From Mytilus edulis (Eukaryota): DNA of 64,000 bases. The position numbers and the translations under genes are program-made. The notes under the pieces were generated by a model. That model was not told the origin of the DNA. It worked only from the letters and a program-made list of their open reading frames with translations, and made no database searches. Where the stretch lies: assembly GCF_963676685.1 (NCBI RefSeq), contig NC_092349.1, positions 87,420,001-87,484,000 on the forward strand, read 5' to 3'. This document shows positions 36,884-51,937 of the stretch, piece after piece (within the stretch, counting starts at the first letter, position 1; every line of letters starts with the position of its first letter).

Positions 36884-39800
36884 ATCTTTTTCTGTAGAAA
36901 TAAGTTTTGTTTATTTGTAAATTGAGAGAGGGGGATACCAAAAGCGATAATAAATATAACAAGTAGTGGTAATATATTACAAGGAATATGTAGAACCACG
37001 GTTTTTTTCAGGGATTGTATAATATCCCGGTTTTCATGGGATTATGCATAGTCACTAATTTCATAAGATATTATATTTGAGCACTGTTCTTATATACTAA
37101 CTTAAAAAAAATGATAAATATCTTAAAAAAGCGTCGATATGATTTTAGGAGTTTCCAATAATACAAACATCATTTAACAAACTATCCTTTCAAGCGTAAA
37201 TGTGAAGTTTTCATGTGTTCCATGTAGATTTAGTTTGTAACCCGGATTTGCTTTTTTATCAATCGATTGATGAATTTCGAACAGCGGTATACTACTGTTG
37301 CCTTTATATACAGTGATTGTGCCAGATAAAGATGCAACTTTTAGTGTTAAAAAATAAATGTTCATGAAACAATATCTCTGGCTTACAATTTTACGATATA
37401 ATTACAAATGTTAGAATAACACTATTACAAAATTTTTCAAACCAACTTGCTTTGCAAAAGGAAAAAATCACCAAAATACGAGCGTTTTATTCATCTCGCA
37501 TCACGCGATTGTCAAAAATGCGAATGTGCATCGACATCAACAAAGTTAAAACAAAATCGCTATAGTAAAGTGTGTTCAAAGAATATATGAATATATAAAT
37601 GGAAACATGCAGAAGGGACTGCATCGGTATACAACAAGAATTTGTACATAACTAGATATTTTTACCGATAAAATTATCTTTAAGTATAAGTATGGGAATG
37701 TTTTAAGTGTATTATTTATGAAATAAAATTTATGTTCAGAGGGATTTTATAAAGTCTAAAGGTACATGTAGCAAAATAATATTCTCAAATAAAGACAACG
37801 TTGGAAGATTTTCATTGAAATTTATTATTTGGAATACCAAACGTATGATAGACCAAAACACATTTTAAGGGAAAGTTTCTATTTATATGACAAATATTTC
37901 GGTACTAATAGTGTTGGTTATTGCAAGCGCACTCCATTTTCGCATCCTTATACTATGCATTATCATGACGTAAAAACATCATTAAATGTAACGGTTTCAG
38001 TAAATCTTTTTTTGTAAATATTGTCTCACAACGTTTTAAGAACAGACATAAAAGTTCAAAGTTCTGCAACACTTATCATAAAGAAAAAACTAATGTCGTG
38101 CCCTAACCTTTCAAGAATTAAAACGTGTATGAAATAAATGCAATTCATCATACATTCCAGGATTGTAATTTTATACGCTCGATGTATTTTTTTCTGTACA
38201 AGACTTATTAGTGACGCTCAAATCAATATTTTCTTCAGGCAAAATAAAGTACGAAATTGCTGAAGTTAATTTCCAATTTTGTTTTATACATCAAGCTTGA
38301 TTAATTTCATTCCTCTGTTATAAGTGACTTTGTTATCCTCTCAGCTTCTTACGTTCATTTAACCTGAAATCTGCAAATCAATTTTTATTCACAATAGCGC
38401 TATGATAAATGCAATATACTTTAAATACGATCTTTGAGCATTTATGGAGGAATCTTTTAACAATTAATGTTCAAATACTAAAGTTGAAAAACTCAATGTC
38501 TCTTTACAATTTAATGAGACAAAAACAAAAACCAAAAAATATTTTAGCTTTAAGTTGCGCTTTGTAATTTTAAATTTAATAAAACTAGAATACATGTTTA
38601 TAATAAACCGTGCATCCGACACGCTGTTTCAGTTAACATTCATTGCAGTTCAGAACCAAACGTTTGGGTAAAATCATATGGATAACTTCTTTTTTTTTTA
38701 GAAAAAATCTTACATTTTCCAATTCAAACAAAGACCACAGTTGTTCTTTTTGGTTTGTGGTCAATACTAATTTACAACATTTAAGAAAACGTACCAGCTT
38801 ACTTTTGTCCTTTATGCTTAATTCGTATGCAACTCACCCGCTTCGAATGTTGTTAATGAGATGAATAAACTAATTGTGTATCATCAAATATCAAAGGTTT
38901 GCTAATCTTCAATTTTAACATAATCAGATTACATTATTATAGTCCAGACTTTATAGGCTAGACACAATGCACACTAACCGGTCAACTTTGTTCTGTACAC
39001 ACATAAGCAATACAGATAGATAAATTTGGTTACGAACTTGTCCAAAATTTGATTGCTTTTTGCGAACCGTCTGCAAAATTAAGATATATGTTTAATCAGT
39101 TTAGTTTGTAGATTTAAAGGTGAAATATATCCATGAATTTTATCCCACGAAGTACAGTGTTACAAAAAGGGGGAAAAATACCAGATGAACATTTAAACTT
39201 ATAAGTAGAAAATAAACTTACAACGCCATGGCTAAAAGAATAAAATGATTTACAGAAAAACAATAGCACAAAAACACAACATAGAAAACTAAAGAATTAT
39301 TAAGCAACACGAACCCTGTCAAAAACTTGGGGTGATATGAGGTGCTCCGAAAGGGTACGCAGATTAGGCTTCACTTGTAGAAACGCTTCTTATATTTTGC
39401 ACCTTCAAAATGTTTTTGGAAAGAAGACCAATTATTTCATTATTACAAAACAATTGTTGTTTTGATTCGGCAAATTTACTTCTGATTTATTAAAAACCCA
39501 AACAGCCAGAATATAGTAAACATAAAAATATATTACGATTATTTTATCTCTGGAAGCTGATACCAGACGTCTGCTGACAATGCGCATGAAGAGCAGTAGG
39601 TTCTCTATCAAAATTTGATAAGCAGTCAGATCGTTGATACAAAATTATTTAAAATATCAGAACTAATTATAAGGCTCCATTTTTAATCAGATCGTTTAAT
39701 GTGTCTTGTTTAACCAGTCCTTACATGTTAATTATCTATACCCAAAATTCGATCGCATGTGAAACTGTCATACACGTTGGAGGTTGGGCTAGCTGTAAAA

Positions 39801-40259
39801 ATAAGGTCGTTTGCTTTTGACAGTTACAAGATATGAGTGTGTTGAGTGAATCTTTTTACGAGTAACGACATTTGCAGTACAAAATGTAGAATCGTTGAAT
39901 TTAAACGCAAACATAATCCCAATATCAAAATTATATCAAAGTGAATTTTAAAATGTATCTTTTGATCAGCAATTAGTAAAATCACAAAAATACTGAACTC
40001 AGAGAAAATTTCCGGAAACCAATACTTCAAAGTCATTATTGCTAGATGATATATATATTATTTCATTGCTGATAATTTTATAACTTAGCTGTTAGATTAT
40101 AAAACTAAAGTTGATTTAATATACTGATGCTTACCAGAAAACAACCCTGGATTGCTGGTATTAACAAACAGGGACTCTTCACTGGTATGCTGAACTAGTG
40201 AGGTATATTGTTCACAATAGAAAGTGCAATTTGTTGAATAAAAATTAAAAAAAAAAGAT

Positions 40260-42222
40260 CTCAGAGGAAAATCCAATCGGAAAGTCCATAATCACATGCC
40301 AAAATCAAATGACAAATATAAAAAAGAAGATATGGTATGATTTCCAATGAGACAACTGCCCACAAGAGACCAAAATGACACAGACATTAACAACTATATG
40401 TCACCGTACGGCCTTCAACAAAGTGCAAAGCCCATACCGCATAGTCAACTATAAAAGGCCCCGATAAGACAATGTAAAACAATTCAAACGAGAAAAGTAA
40501 CGGCCTTATTTATATAAAAAATGAACGAAAAACAAATATGTAACACATAAAAAACCGACTACCACTTAATAACAGGCTCCTTACTTGGGACAGGCACATA
40601 CATAAATAATGTGGCGGGGTTAAACATGTTAGCGGAATCCCAACCCTCCCCTAACCTGCGACAGTGGTATAACAGTAAAACACATCAGAAACGAATGGAC
40701 AAGAACTGTCATATTCCTGACTTGGTACACATTTTCAAATGTAGAAAATGGTGGATTAAACCTGGTTTTATAGGCTAAACCTCTCCCTTTGTTGACAGTG
40801 TCATCAAATTCCGTTGAATTTACAATGATGCGTGAACTAAACTGACATAATAAATAAAATAATCAAAATACGGGTACAGCAGTCATCATCGTGTAAATTT
40901 TTAAAAGGAACAATTTAACAGAACACAAAAACATCTATCTAAAAACACATTAATTGATTCGCATGTCTGACGTCAGAAAATTTTCTACGTCACATAAATT
41001 TGTCGTTCAATGTATATACAAACAATTTTAAAATTCCACATGGGTAATTTTAGCATACAGGGTTAAAAAATCAAAAGTTTGAAAGAACTAATTTCATAAA
41101 TGACCGAGATTTAAAATAGTCCAAAAAGTTATACAGAATTTATAAGAATCGACATATAGTTCATTCTACTAGTACTACGTGTTGAACCATTTTTGACGTT
41201 TGTGGTTCAAGGTATTTTCTAATTCACAATAGAAATATATCATAATGTATAAAAAAGAAGATGGGGTATGATTGCCAATGAGACAACTATCCACAAAAGA
41301 CCCAAATGACAAAGACATTAACAACTATAGGTCACCGTACGGCCTTCAACAATGTGCAAAGCCCATACCGCATAGTCAGCTATAAAAGGCCCCGATAAGA
41401 CAATGTAAAACAATTCAAACGAGAAAACTAACGGCCTTATTTATGTAAAAATAAAAATAAATAAAAAAAAAAAAAAATGAACGAAAAACAAATATGTAAC
41501 ACATAAACAAACGACAACCACTGAATTACAGGCTCCTGACTTGGGACAGGCACATAGATAAATAATGTGGTGGTGGTTAAACATGTTAGCGGGATCCCAA
41601 CCTCCCCCTAACCTGGGACAGTGGTATAACAGTACAACATAAGAACGAACTATAAAAATCAGTTGAAAAAGGCTTAACTCATCAGATGGACAAAAATACA
41701 AATGGACGTGGCCCGGTACTTACAATAGAACAATATCATACTGACGGGATCTATTAAAATACAGAGTCACGTTATAAAAACCAAAGAAACACAAAAAGTC
41801 GCATATACAAAACACACCAGCAAAACATGAAAGATTATACAAACACATTGACGGGATGTTTTAGTACCGAGGCACGTTAAATGGATATCACATAAAACAA
41901 TCCAACAGTAAAAGTAATATTAATAATAGAACAAAGACAAATAAAAGAACAAAACACGTTGTTAAGATGATTAACAGCATTAGTACGCATAATCTATACA
42001 CCAAGACCATCATGTATTTGTGAAGTTGATACAGAATATTTATCGACAAGGTCTTGGTACCTTCATATGAAAGTTTTTCGAAAAAGGACGAGACTTTCTT
42101 TGACATACCCCTGGTTTATCAACTTTCTACTAAGACACTGATGACATTTTACAAAGTCTGAGTAGGAGCTGCAAGCTCTTGAATATCGAATAAGTTGGGA
42201 TATATATATCCCATATGCAACT
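40260..42222 (-). mobile_element. Nested retroelements: a Penelope-like element with RT remnant, interrupted by two copies of another repeat (~40318-40678 and ~41248-41720)
   Basis: The minus strand at ~42110-42220 resembles AYGIYISQLIRYSRACSSYSDFVK...SRKLINQG. Both inserts begin AAAAAGAAGAT.TGGTATGATT. Confidence 0.65.
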
Positions 42223-43496
42223 GTCACCCTTACCGATCACATGCTGAGTTATTCATCAATATATTTGTTTTAAATCGGGTCCTATAACCAGTCTGGTTGT
42301 ATTTAAACCTTGTTAACATTTTTGTGATATGTGTGTAGTTTTCATGGTTCATGCGTTGCTTTTAAATATATTCTAGTGCTACAAACGTTTAAATAGGTCA
42401 TAAATAAAGTTACATTCAGCAATTTATTTTCAGGACAGGAACAACCACAGTCAATTTCCTGGTTTTGGAAACGCGCATTGACATGGATATGAACCGTTGA
42501 TCAAGACACATCAAAAGTATCAGGCCTATAGTTCACAAACAATATCCATTAAGTAATGTTCTCACCAGTGTCGACCGACCTGTTAACTCACACATGTACT
42601 ATACGCAAAACATGGAACGTGAGATACGAACGATTATGTCTTCATCATATGAATATCAAGCACAATCCCTCAAGTTTGGGGTTTAGTATTATAGACTCAT
42701 AAAATATATGAGAAGAATATAACCCGTGCATGCCAACAACTTGTTTTAGAATAAATGTGTTTAATTCCGACGCAATGAACGTATAAGAAAATCAATACCA
42801 AAGTCAAAATATGCAATATTTAATGACCTGACAACATCATCGTAACTATATTCCTTCTTAATAAGTCTGTTCAAAGGTTGTGTTAGCTTTTGAAGTGAAT
42901 ACCTTTGTGCTTTGTAAAGAATATTTCCATTAAAGATTGAATGTGAAATACGTGAACTTATAAGATGTCTGCATGTTGAGTTATATGTACGAATGATTAT
43001 GTGGATTTTATAAGAAAGAAGTAAAATCTGGCGTCCAGAATATGAACCAGCACACAATAAATTAAATTGTTTGAAAATGATAAAACTGTTCGGATTAAGG
43101 TGTCAAACGCTATTTGTCATCAATCACCCGAAAAAATAAAACAAAAGATAGAGTAGATCAGACCAGAGTGTGACGTTTATCTTAATAGTAGAATTGGGCT
43201 GAATTTTTTTTTATAAATGTTCTTAAAGTAATGAATATATTAGAGAAGTTCTCGCTCGGACAAACACTGTATAATCTAGTATAGACCTGAAGCACGGGGA
43301 GGCATTCTTCTGGTAATCGTTGAAGGTTGAATTGTGACATATACTTGTTATTTTACATGGTCCCTGATGGAGAGTTGTCTCATTGACCTTCGTACGACAT
43401 CTTTTTATTTTTCTATACATACAAAAAAAAAAAATACTTTAAATATATACATCTTAAAACCATGTATTTAATTTATAACATATTTATCTTTCTCTT

Positions 43497-43766
43497 TTAT
43501 CCAGACTTAAACAACAGTATTGCAACTTGTCCCATATAAAAATAAATGAAATGTTTGCTTTCATGTGTAACATAGCTTCCAAAATTTCTGCCAACGATAC
43601 AGTGCCATGTTGGGTTATATTTCTTGTCAAAATCCTTTTTGATGAATGCAGCGATGTCTTTTTCAATGTTAAACTTTTCCAATGCCTGAGTAGAAGATTC
43701 GACAGCATCTTGTTGCATATCTTCAGACATGTCAGCATTCTTAATAACAGCTTTTCTTTCAGTCAT
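43497..43766 (-). CDS. DYNLL: Dynein light chain LC8 (DYNLL1/2 family), 89 aa, single coding exon
   Basis: [18 protein letters not shown]...[20 protein letters not shown]...LLFKSG. A splice acceptor lies just upstream of the ATG (exon starts 43774). Confidence 0.95.
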   Translation of the reverse strand: MTERKAVIKNADMSEDMQQDAVESSTQALEKFNIEKDIAAFIKKDFDKKYNPTWHCIVGRNFGSYVTHESKHFIYFYMGQVAILLFKSG

Positions 43767-45796
43767 GATGTTAGCTGAAGTAAATAAAAAACAACAGTCT
43801 ATATCAAGTAAATCTTAAGACAAACATAAAGTTAGATCGGATACATCCGATATAGTCAAATGCTACGGTTAGATAATTTAAACGTAATATTTCTTTCTTT
43901 CATTTTATTATTTAAAATTACTATGTTTAAACCATAAAATTTTGAATATAGATTATGTAACATCTCAATTAAAACAAATTTACTGTTTGAAGATAGATAT
44001 ATGCTTGAGTAGCGTAACCATGTAGCATGACTTACATTGTATCGTTATTGCTTGGAAGCAAAACATTGATGATAATTAAACATGCTCGTGTGTTCCTTAA
44101 ACACATATTCAGCTGCTCGATTGTCATTGGAAAGTTTTAAATTTATATCATTTCCTATTTCAAAATCATAGATTCTATCGTTGGCATTGAGTGTGATGCG
44201 ATACGTGTTGTTAAGAGTTAGCTATATTCAAATTTGAAACTCAAGGTAAACCAAGCTACTCCCCCCCCCAGACAAACTTATACAGGTTTTGATGTCATGA
44301 CAATTATTGCGCATGATTTGATAATAGTAAATAAAAATAATGAAACGATTTAGATTAAATGTGCGTCTGAAGCACTTCGGATCTACAGGAACGCTAAAAA
44401 CCAAAATGGCGTTGAAAGGAAAGTGTTAGTTCTTGAATATGTTAAGGATAGTCGCACCTCTTTTTTTAAGAAATATTTGTTATCTTCTGGTTTTATCCAT
44501 GTAGTGTTATTCAAAAATTTACCCACTAACCCCTTCTTTTCTTTTCATAATTTGATAACATATAGATATACTATAAAGGCCATATTTGAAAATCTTATTA
44601 AATCCCTGTTATTTTTCATACTTTTTGACCAAAATAAGTGCCAATGTGTAATGTATGAAAAATCTTGAGAGAATCATTTCCAGCCATATTTTTAATAGCT
44701 TATATCTTGAAAAGAAGCTCCTTTTTAAGCCTTTGTAGTTCCATTATTTATTTACATTCAATTTATAACAGTCTCTTTTAAAAACTTGTTATTTTGAACC
44801 AGAGTAGAAAGCATTTTTAAGAGGAACTCATCAAAAGTGACAAACTAAGAATAGCCAAATCCATTTAGGGTCAACGTTGCTGTCTGAGGAAAAAAGGAGC
44901 TTTAAAAAAAAAGAAAATATAATGGGAATAATTTATATGTGTACAGAATCCCTGACTTGTGAGCGGATGATTGGAATGACAATGACGGTAAGATAGTATT
45001 TGTATAAAACAGTTAAACGTAACACAAATGTTGAATTATAAACGGAAATATATCAAAACTAATTACATGAATGCAGATTTACATGGTTTACTTTTTCAAT
45101 CATTTGAACCAAATATATTTACAGGTTAATTCATACACTTGTTTCACGAATGCTGACATTTTAGAAAATATAAATCAAAAACAAATTTATTGAATTTTTG
45201 TGATAATATGCATGAAATACCTGTCACCTAGCACACACGTTACATGTACTTACAGTCGTTTAACTATCAGTACTCTTTTATTATATTTTATCAGTGTTTC
45301 ACCTGTAACAGAAAACAGTATAGAATGACATATCATAAAATTAGTATGCACCGTATAATCTATATACACATATTCAAATATGTTCAATAATGTCACTATG
45401 TCTTACCCGCAAAAGTCCTTGCACATGCACTGTATGTATGTATGTATATGTTGTTTGTATTGTTAATACTTTTCATATTGATTTTAATACTATTTCACGG
45501 TCTTGCATATTGCTATCGTGGTTTTTACTGGTAGACGTTACAAAATTATCTTGGATTAGTTTATCATCCCAGCATTCATTAGTAACGGATATATAGCTAT
45601 CTGTATACTTACAATTTGACGCTTTGAAGTATGAAACACATAAAATTTAATATCAACTTTAACTATTATAATTAGTTTTAAAGTTATGAACTAAAGAAAT
45701 CTGACTAAAAATGTTGAAAGATATCATGTAAAAGCATTTATAAAATAGATAATAGTTTCGAGTATGGCCGTCGAAGAGCTATTGACATTATAACAA

Positions 45797-46381
45797 AAAG
45801 GAGTAGGTTCAGTAAGACCCCCTTTTGGCCCCAAAATACAACAGTTTTATAAAATTGTGAAATCGTAATCTTTTAGCTATTTATTGGAAAGTAGAATGCT
45901 CCTGCTACATAACTATAGGCTGTTTCTGACAATACAATGTACATATAACGGATACTAGCATCATTAAGTCATGCTAAATTACTGAAATCTTCACAATTTT
46001 ATCATTTAAGTTAAATTTTAGACGGTTTCCGTCTTAAATGAAAGTGGCCGCATTCGTGTTCATTGATAATATTGAAATGTAAGTTGAAGTTGATGATAAT
46101 ACATAACATATATAAAGTTTGAGGATAAACACGGATGCGGCCACTTTCATTTTTGACAAAAACCATCTGAAAAGTGAGTTTTTGTCGGCATATTTGATAG
46201 ATTTTTCATATTTAAGCTTGAATCGGAGCGTTTTTAATGACTAAACCAGTTAAAATATTTCTCAAACATTACTCAAATTAATTGAAATAGACCCTTAAGT
46301 GTTAAAAAAGTGTCCAAAATCTATCGTTAGACGAACCTGAAATTTGAGGCCAAAATCTGCCCTTACCGGACCTACTCCTTT
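45797..46381. mobile_element. MITE with terminal and internal inverted repeats
   Basis: AAAGGAGTAGGTTCAGTAAG / CTTACCGGACCTACTCCTTT. Internal IR AAATGAAAGTGGCCGCATTCGTGTT (~46036) / AACACGGATGCGGCCACTTTCATTT (~46128). Confidence 0.7.
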
Positions 46382-47120
46382 GCAGCATTTTCATGTTTTT
46401 GTCAGAAATTCTAAATTGTGTAAGATGTATCGGATAACTGTCCATGGTAGTTAACATTACTCACTGTGATGTGATTATAATAAAGATCTGGTATAATCCT
46501 TCATACAATATGCTTGAAAACTGAAATAGATTGTTGCAATATCAATATAGGTTCCTGACTCTGTTAACAAGGCAAATTGTATGCAATAGTTTAACGGAAT
46601 TACAGTAATACATCTTAGTACGTTTTCAATCGTCTTCATTTTTCGCTTCATTGGGCTTGTTCACGTTATCATATGCAATAAAGGGAGGAGAAGACACTTA
46701 AGAGATATTTAAACTAGTTGATTGAACATTATCTGACAATGTCATTGTAAGAAAAATGACCAAATTGATAATCAATATCACGCATTCCACATCATGGAAA
46801 ACTAAAGACTGAGTAACACATAAACCTCTATGATTTGACTGTCCCTCTGGTATCTTTCGTCCCTCTTTTGCTTAATACTTTGATATTTTAAAAACCGTTT
46901 ATTACTTACATACATTGTTGGTTTTGTTTATAGTTAAAAGCCGTACCTGTTGTTGTTTACTTCGAAGGGTATTTGGTGAATAGTTGTTGATAAATGTCAC
47001 ATTGACAGTGGTACCAGTATACTTAAAGATACAGCCATTGTCTACAGTATCATAGCCGTTGTTTAAAGTTTAACAAACCACCTGTGTTTTGTCCATGCTC
47101 AAAATTTGTCATGAAGATAT

Positions 47121-47239
47121 CAGGAGTCGATTTCAAAAAGAAACTTACGACTAAGATTGATCGTAAGTACATGTATACTCCTTTGTTCATGACTTAAGAC
47201 CAATCTTAGTCCTAAGTTTTTTTGTGAAATCTACTCCTG
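47121..47239. mobile_element. Fold-back MITE (~120 bp hairpin)
   Basis: Imperfect arms of ~48 bp, CAGGAGTCGATTTCA... / ...TGAAATCTACTCCTG. Confidence 0.65.
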
Positions 47240-47459
47240 GTATTTTAAAGATGTTGACACAGGTGCGTCATAAAATATGTAAGAAGCCAGTAGTATTTTT
47301 CAATTTCATATAACGCTAACTAAAAGTATCACACAGACAAATTCTGCTTCAATGAGTATATATCTTGCAATTAGTTCTTCTATGATACATTCCAACAATT
47401 AAATGTACACTTTTGTCAATACCACTAGGCGTTCAGTAAATTCAAAAATGGGTTTTAAC

Positions 47460-48760
47460 GATTTTTAATGGATGGATATGTGGTTTATTGATAGAATAAT
47501 TTTTGCTAAGATGATGTGATGGTTAAAGCCAAAATTATTCTCTTTCACAACATAAACGGACGTTTTGGCAATATAGTTTATCGACAGGTTGTAGGTTTTT
47601 CTTTGGGTACCAATTGTGTCCCTTATCAGACTTATTCCTATCCGGTAATCTATCTCAGTTGTTTATAACCAAACCTATTAAAGAATCGCTTAAAGTCAAC
47701 TTATTGGTAAATTTAACACATATAACTGGTATCTTGTGAATTTTTTTTGTCAGTTAAATAATTAAGAAATCTCTAAAAATAGTGATGAAATTTACTCAAA
47801 GGTTCTTATTTTAAATTCATCTAATATGAAAGTCTTTTCCTATATTTAGATATTTGTGTGTTGCACCAGCCACTCTACACAAAAGTATACGACAAAAGGG
47901 GTGTTTTTCTTTCTCTTTTATTTCTATGTCGCATTTATGAGCATTATTTTTTCTGGTCTGTGCACCCGTTCGTTCGTTCGCTCGTCCGTCCGTCCGTCCG
48001 TACGTCCGTTTGTCCCGCTTCAGGTTACAGTTTTTGGTCGAGGTATTTTGTGGTAAAGTTGAAGTCCAATCAAATGGATGGGGCAACCGTGTACTGGGGA
48101 CGCATTCTTGTTTTTCCTGTTTTGGACGACGATGTTGCTTCAGCACTTTCTTATGGAGTTAATAACATGTATAAATCCAAACTCGTTCGCTTTACACATT
48201 TCTGTAGTGCCGTTTCGAATTTCAATGAGCGTAATCTTTATTTTATAAGTAATTTATTAAGTCAGGGATTTCATTAACACAAATTACAAAAATACTTTAC
48301 TAAATTCTTCTATAGTTACAAAGATTTGCTTTGCAGGTTTGACTGTACCTGTAGAAAAAAGTAAAATCACAAAAATACTGAACTCAGAGGAAAATCAATT
48401 CAGAAAGTCCATAACCACATGGCAAAATCAAATAACAAAACGCATCAAAAACGAATGGACAAGAACTGTCATATTCCTGACTTGGTACAGGCATTTTCAA
48501 ATGTAGAAAATGGTGGATTGAACCTGGTTTTATAGCTAGCTAAACCTCTCACTTGTATGACAGTTGCATCAAATTCCATTATATTGCCACCGATGCGCGA
48601 ACAAAACAAACAGACACAACATATTTCAAACAGATTAGCTCATCCTAACTTTTATTGTGAAGCTGTTAACCGAGAGCGCAAAATGTTGATACAATCCGAA
48701 TAAACTTATGTATCTTATAAACTTATTGTACAAGGTTACCAATTCATCAATATGTTCCTT
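47460..48760 (+). pseudogene. Highly decayed Penelope-like reverse transcriptase fragment
   Basis: Remnants resembling GTNC.P..DLFL (~47605-47640) and SYGV..SQLVRF (~48150-48195). Interrupted by inserts at ~47920 and ~48357-48620. Confidence 0.45.
47920..48112 (+). mobile_element. Short element with (CGTC/CGTT)n microsatellite, HINE/Helentron-like
   Basis: Tetranucleotide array at ~47966-48010, a GC-rich 3' end and a CTTGTTTT terminus. It interrupts a decayed RT fragment. Confidence 0.5.
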
Positions 48761-50300
48761 TTAATAATTTTACGGTAAGTAATATTTTACTGAATTAATT
48801 CCAAATATATGAATACCTAAGTAGCCCATTCATATACTATATTTTCAATTATATCATTTTGTAAATACTTTCTAGCTTTTTATCATTCATATATTGTAGT
48901 TTTCCTGATCTGAAATTCTTTTTTTTATTTTGGATATTATGGTCATGCATAATGACGTTTTTATTTAGTTATGAATAGGTGCGCCCAGTTTTTATTGGTG
49001 GAGGAAGCAGGAGTGGCCGAAAAAACCCACTGACCTTAGATAGGAAAACTGACTATCCTATTCAACTATATATATAGCTAAGATTGGAGTCGAGTGAGTT
49101 AACAAACTTTCCAAACTTTCCAAAGAAAGTGGCGAAATAAAACAGGTCTTAAATGTAAATTATTTCGGTAATTCATACTCTAAATACTAAACAGTTAAAT
49201 CATGTTATCCCGTATATTAAGTTCCATCAGCCACTTATTAGCATTTGCAATTACAGGTAACCAATATATTTCTTTTAAAATACACATTGTATTTACCTTT
49301 GCCATTAGTAATAAACATGATAGATCGGTTCAAAATCTATATTTTCCTCGGATGGGTAGGTTTCAATCCTATGTAATCTCAATAAATATGAAATAAGTAT
49401 GAAATGATTTTCATCCATATCAAAACTGTTATGTGTGACGACATAAAAGGAATGTATTTACATTATTATAAAAAAACATTATTCATTCGTGATGGATATC
49501 AATAGCAGTAATTATGTTTGTAATTTTATTTTATATACTATTTACATCGTTTATTCTGGTCGGCGTTTGCTTGCATGTTTTTTTCTTTTTGTTTTTTTCT
49601 GAGATTTTTTCTTTCTTCCGAAATGAAAATCAAGAAATCACGTATCAATTAATCAAGACTAAAAAAGGTAAAGGCAAGCTATGTTCGTGATTGGTACATT
49701 TACACGAGTAATGATTTAAATGACAGAACTAGCTATAGAGTTTCCCTGATTTTGGAAGTATGAAATAATACACCTAAAAGAAATATGAAATCACAAAATT
49801 GCATGAATTCGTTATCACAATATTTTCCTATGATTGTTTTTTTTCTGATTTTACCAAAATGATGCTTAAATCTTAGGTATCCAGTTACACCAGACAGCAC
49901 CGTGTGTTAATGTATGTTTTTTTTGAAGAAGATGGAACCGTTTTCTATTGATAGCAGTTTGATTAATTTATATCTTTGTTACTTTTGTTGTTAATCAAAT
50001 GTTGCTGTAATTTGTCACAAGAGAATATTGAATACAAAGGAAAAAAAGAAGAATAAGCATATGAACAGTATATGACGAGCTATGTTGACTGGATGATTAT
50101 CTCCAGCTTTTCATTTGCCACCGATCATGCTATTTATCCTGTTCAATGTCTTTTTTGTATTTGTTATTTTTTCGCTTTTCCACTCAAGCTGCACTCATGA
50201 GCCTGGTGGTTCAACAAAATATCTGCATCGGTTGTAAATATAATAAAGTTTCAACCCTTCAACAAAATTCTATAATATTATCTATTTATCAACGTTACAG

Positions 50301-51937
50301 GGATGGGAGGCATGATGGGAGGAAAAAGACGTAAGTACAAATCAGATTTATATTTATTTTATCAAATAATATTTCGACATACAATATGTGCATACCTCGC
50401 TTTTAATAGGAAATTAATATAGATGCGCATGTCGTCACGAATTTGTTTCTTGATGATAATTAGAGTTAAGTTTAATAAATGTTTTTGTTTAAATTTTAAC
50501 ACATTGTCACGAAACTCTAAAAACCTACCTCCGAAACCTTAACATCAAGTAATGGACTTCAAAGTAAAAACCACTTTCTACTATGATGGTTTTGACATAT
50601 ATAGTTCAGGAATAACCATCTTGTTTTTTTTATTCGATCTTTTCAAATTCCGATTTATAGTTTAAGTATTACATTACACAATTTTTCATTTCAAGTTTGG
50701 ACAAAACAAATGAAGGCAAACGTAGTATACTGCTGTATAAAAGTCATACATTGATTGATAAAAATACAAATAATGTCATAGATCATAGAATACAGCAAAC
50801 CCCGAAACAGTGGTAACATCTGGCTACGCTTCTTTACACCCGAACGATAACGCTGTATGGAGTTTGAGAATACAGATCCATTTCAATTACAATGATTTTG
50901 AAATACTTCGTTCAATAGTAAATTTCACTACTGAATGGTACTGGTATAGCTTTTATTTGATAGTCATATAGTATGTCACTTATAGTCAAACGTTCATTCG
51001 ATCTCTTTTCTAATATTACAGGTCATAGAAGAAATGCAGGTAAATTGAATTATAATTTAGGCTTGTGTAGTAACAAACACATGAATGACATATATATTTT
51101 TCCAATAAATACCGGCAAACTTTTGAATGGAACCATCTTCTGGCTTTCTTGCTCCACCCGTTACGTGATAAGTTATATTCTCTCCTGAGTATCAATTAGT
51201 ACACATTCAACAAATTGAATGTGGAACCTTTATCTTAAAGCATGTATTGTTACATAACAAGTCATGGCTAAGATACTATAATTGTGTCGTGTGTTGTGGA
51301 CTTCATATAAATACTGTCAGTTGTTTCTATGCATTAAACGATAATATAAACAAATCCGTTAGTGAACAAAAAGCATGAACTATATTCTTTAAAAATGTCT
51401 GACACTGTTAATGAACTTTTTCAACTGATTTTTATAGTTTGTTCTTATGTTATACTGTTATACCACTATCCCAGGTTAGGGGGAGGGTTGGGATCCCGCT
51501 AACATGTTTAACCCCGCCACATAATTTATGTATGTGCCTGTCCCAAGTCAGGAGCCTGTAATTCAGTGGTTGTCGTTTGTTTATGTGTTACATATTTGTT
51601 TTTCGTTCATTTTGTTTTACCTAAATAAGGCCTTTAGTTTTCTCGTTTGAATTGTTTTACATTGTCTTATCGGGGCATATTATAGCTAACTATGCGGAAT
51701 GGTCTTTGCTCATTGTTGAAGGCCGTACAGTGACATATAGTTGTTAATGTCTGTGTCATTTTTGGTCTTTTGTGTATAGTTGTCTCATTGGCAATCATAC
51801 CACATCTTTTTTTTTATATTTGAATTGATTAATCATGTGATAATTACTTATCCTAACATAACTAAAGAATTTTAATTTTGTATGTACATTTTGTGTTCTC
51901 TTTCATTGCAGATTACAGCCAAGGATACGACTACTAG
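50301..51937 (+). pseudogene. Orphan duplicate (D) of the last three exons of gene C: 50301-50330, 51022-51039, 51912-51937
   Basis: Reads GMGGMMGGKR-RHRRNA-DYSQGYDY* with intact splice sites and polyA signal. Homology to gene C starts only at ~50190 (equivalent to ~20600), and no signal/Gly-Met exon is seen upstream. Confidence 0.7.
51417..51820. mobile_element. Family 3 repeat in an intron of copy D
   Basis: Reverse complement of ~41250-41670. Further copies at ~12561-12890, 14160-14290 and 27985-28070. Confidence 0.75.

Noticed and set aside
38345-40200. Candidate 5' UTR exons of the HSD gene (minus-strand donors near 38350 and 40135)
   Set aside because: Not verifiably conserved in the duplicate and unsupported without transcripts.
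41660-41700. CTGATGAG on the minus strand as a possible hammerhead (also ~4853-4861)
   Set aside because: No stem II plus GAAA and cleavage triplet could be built.
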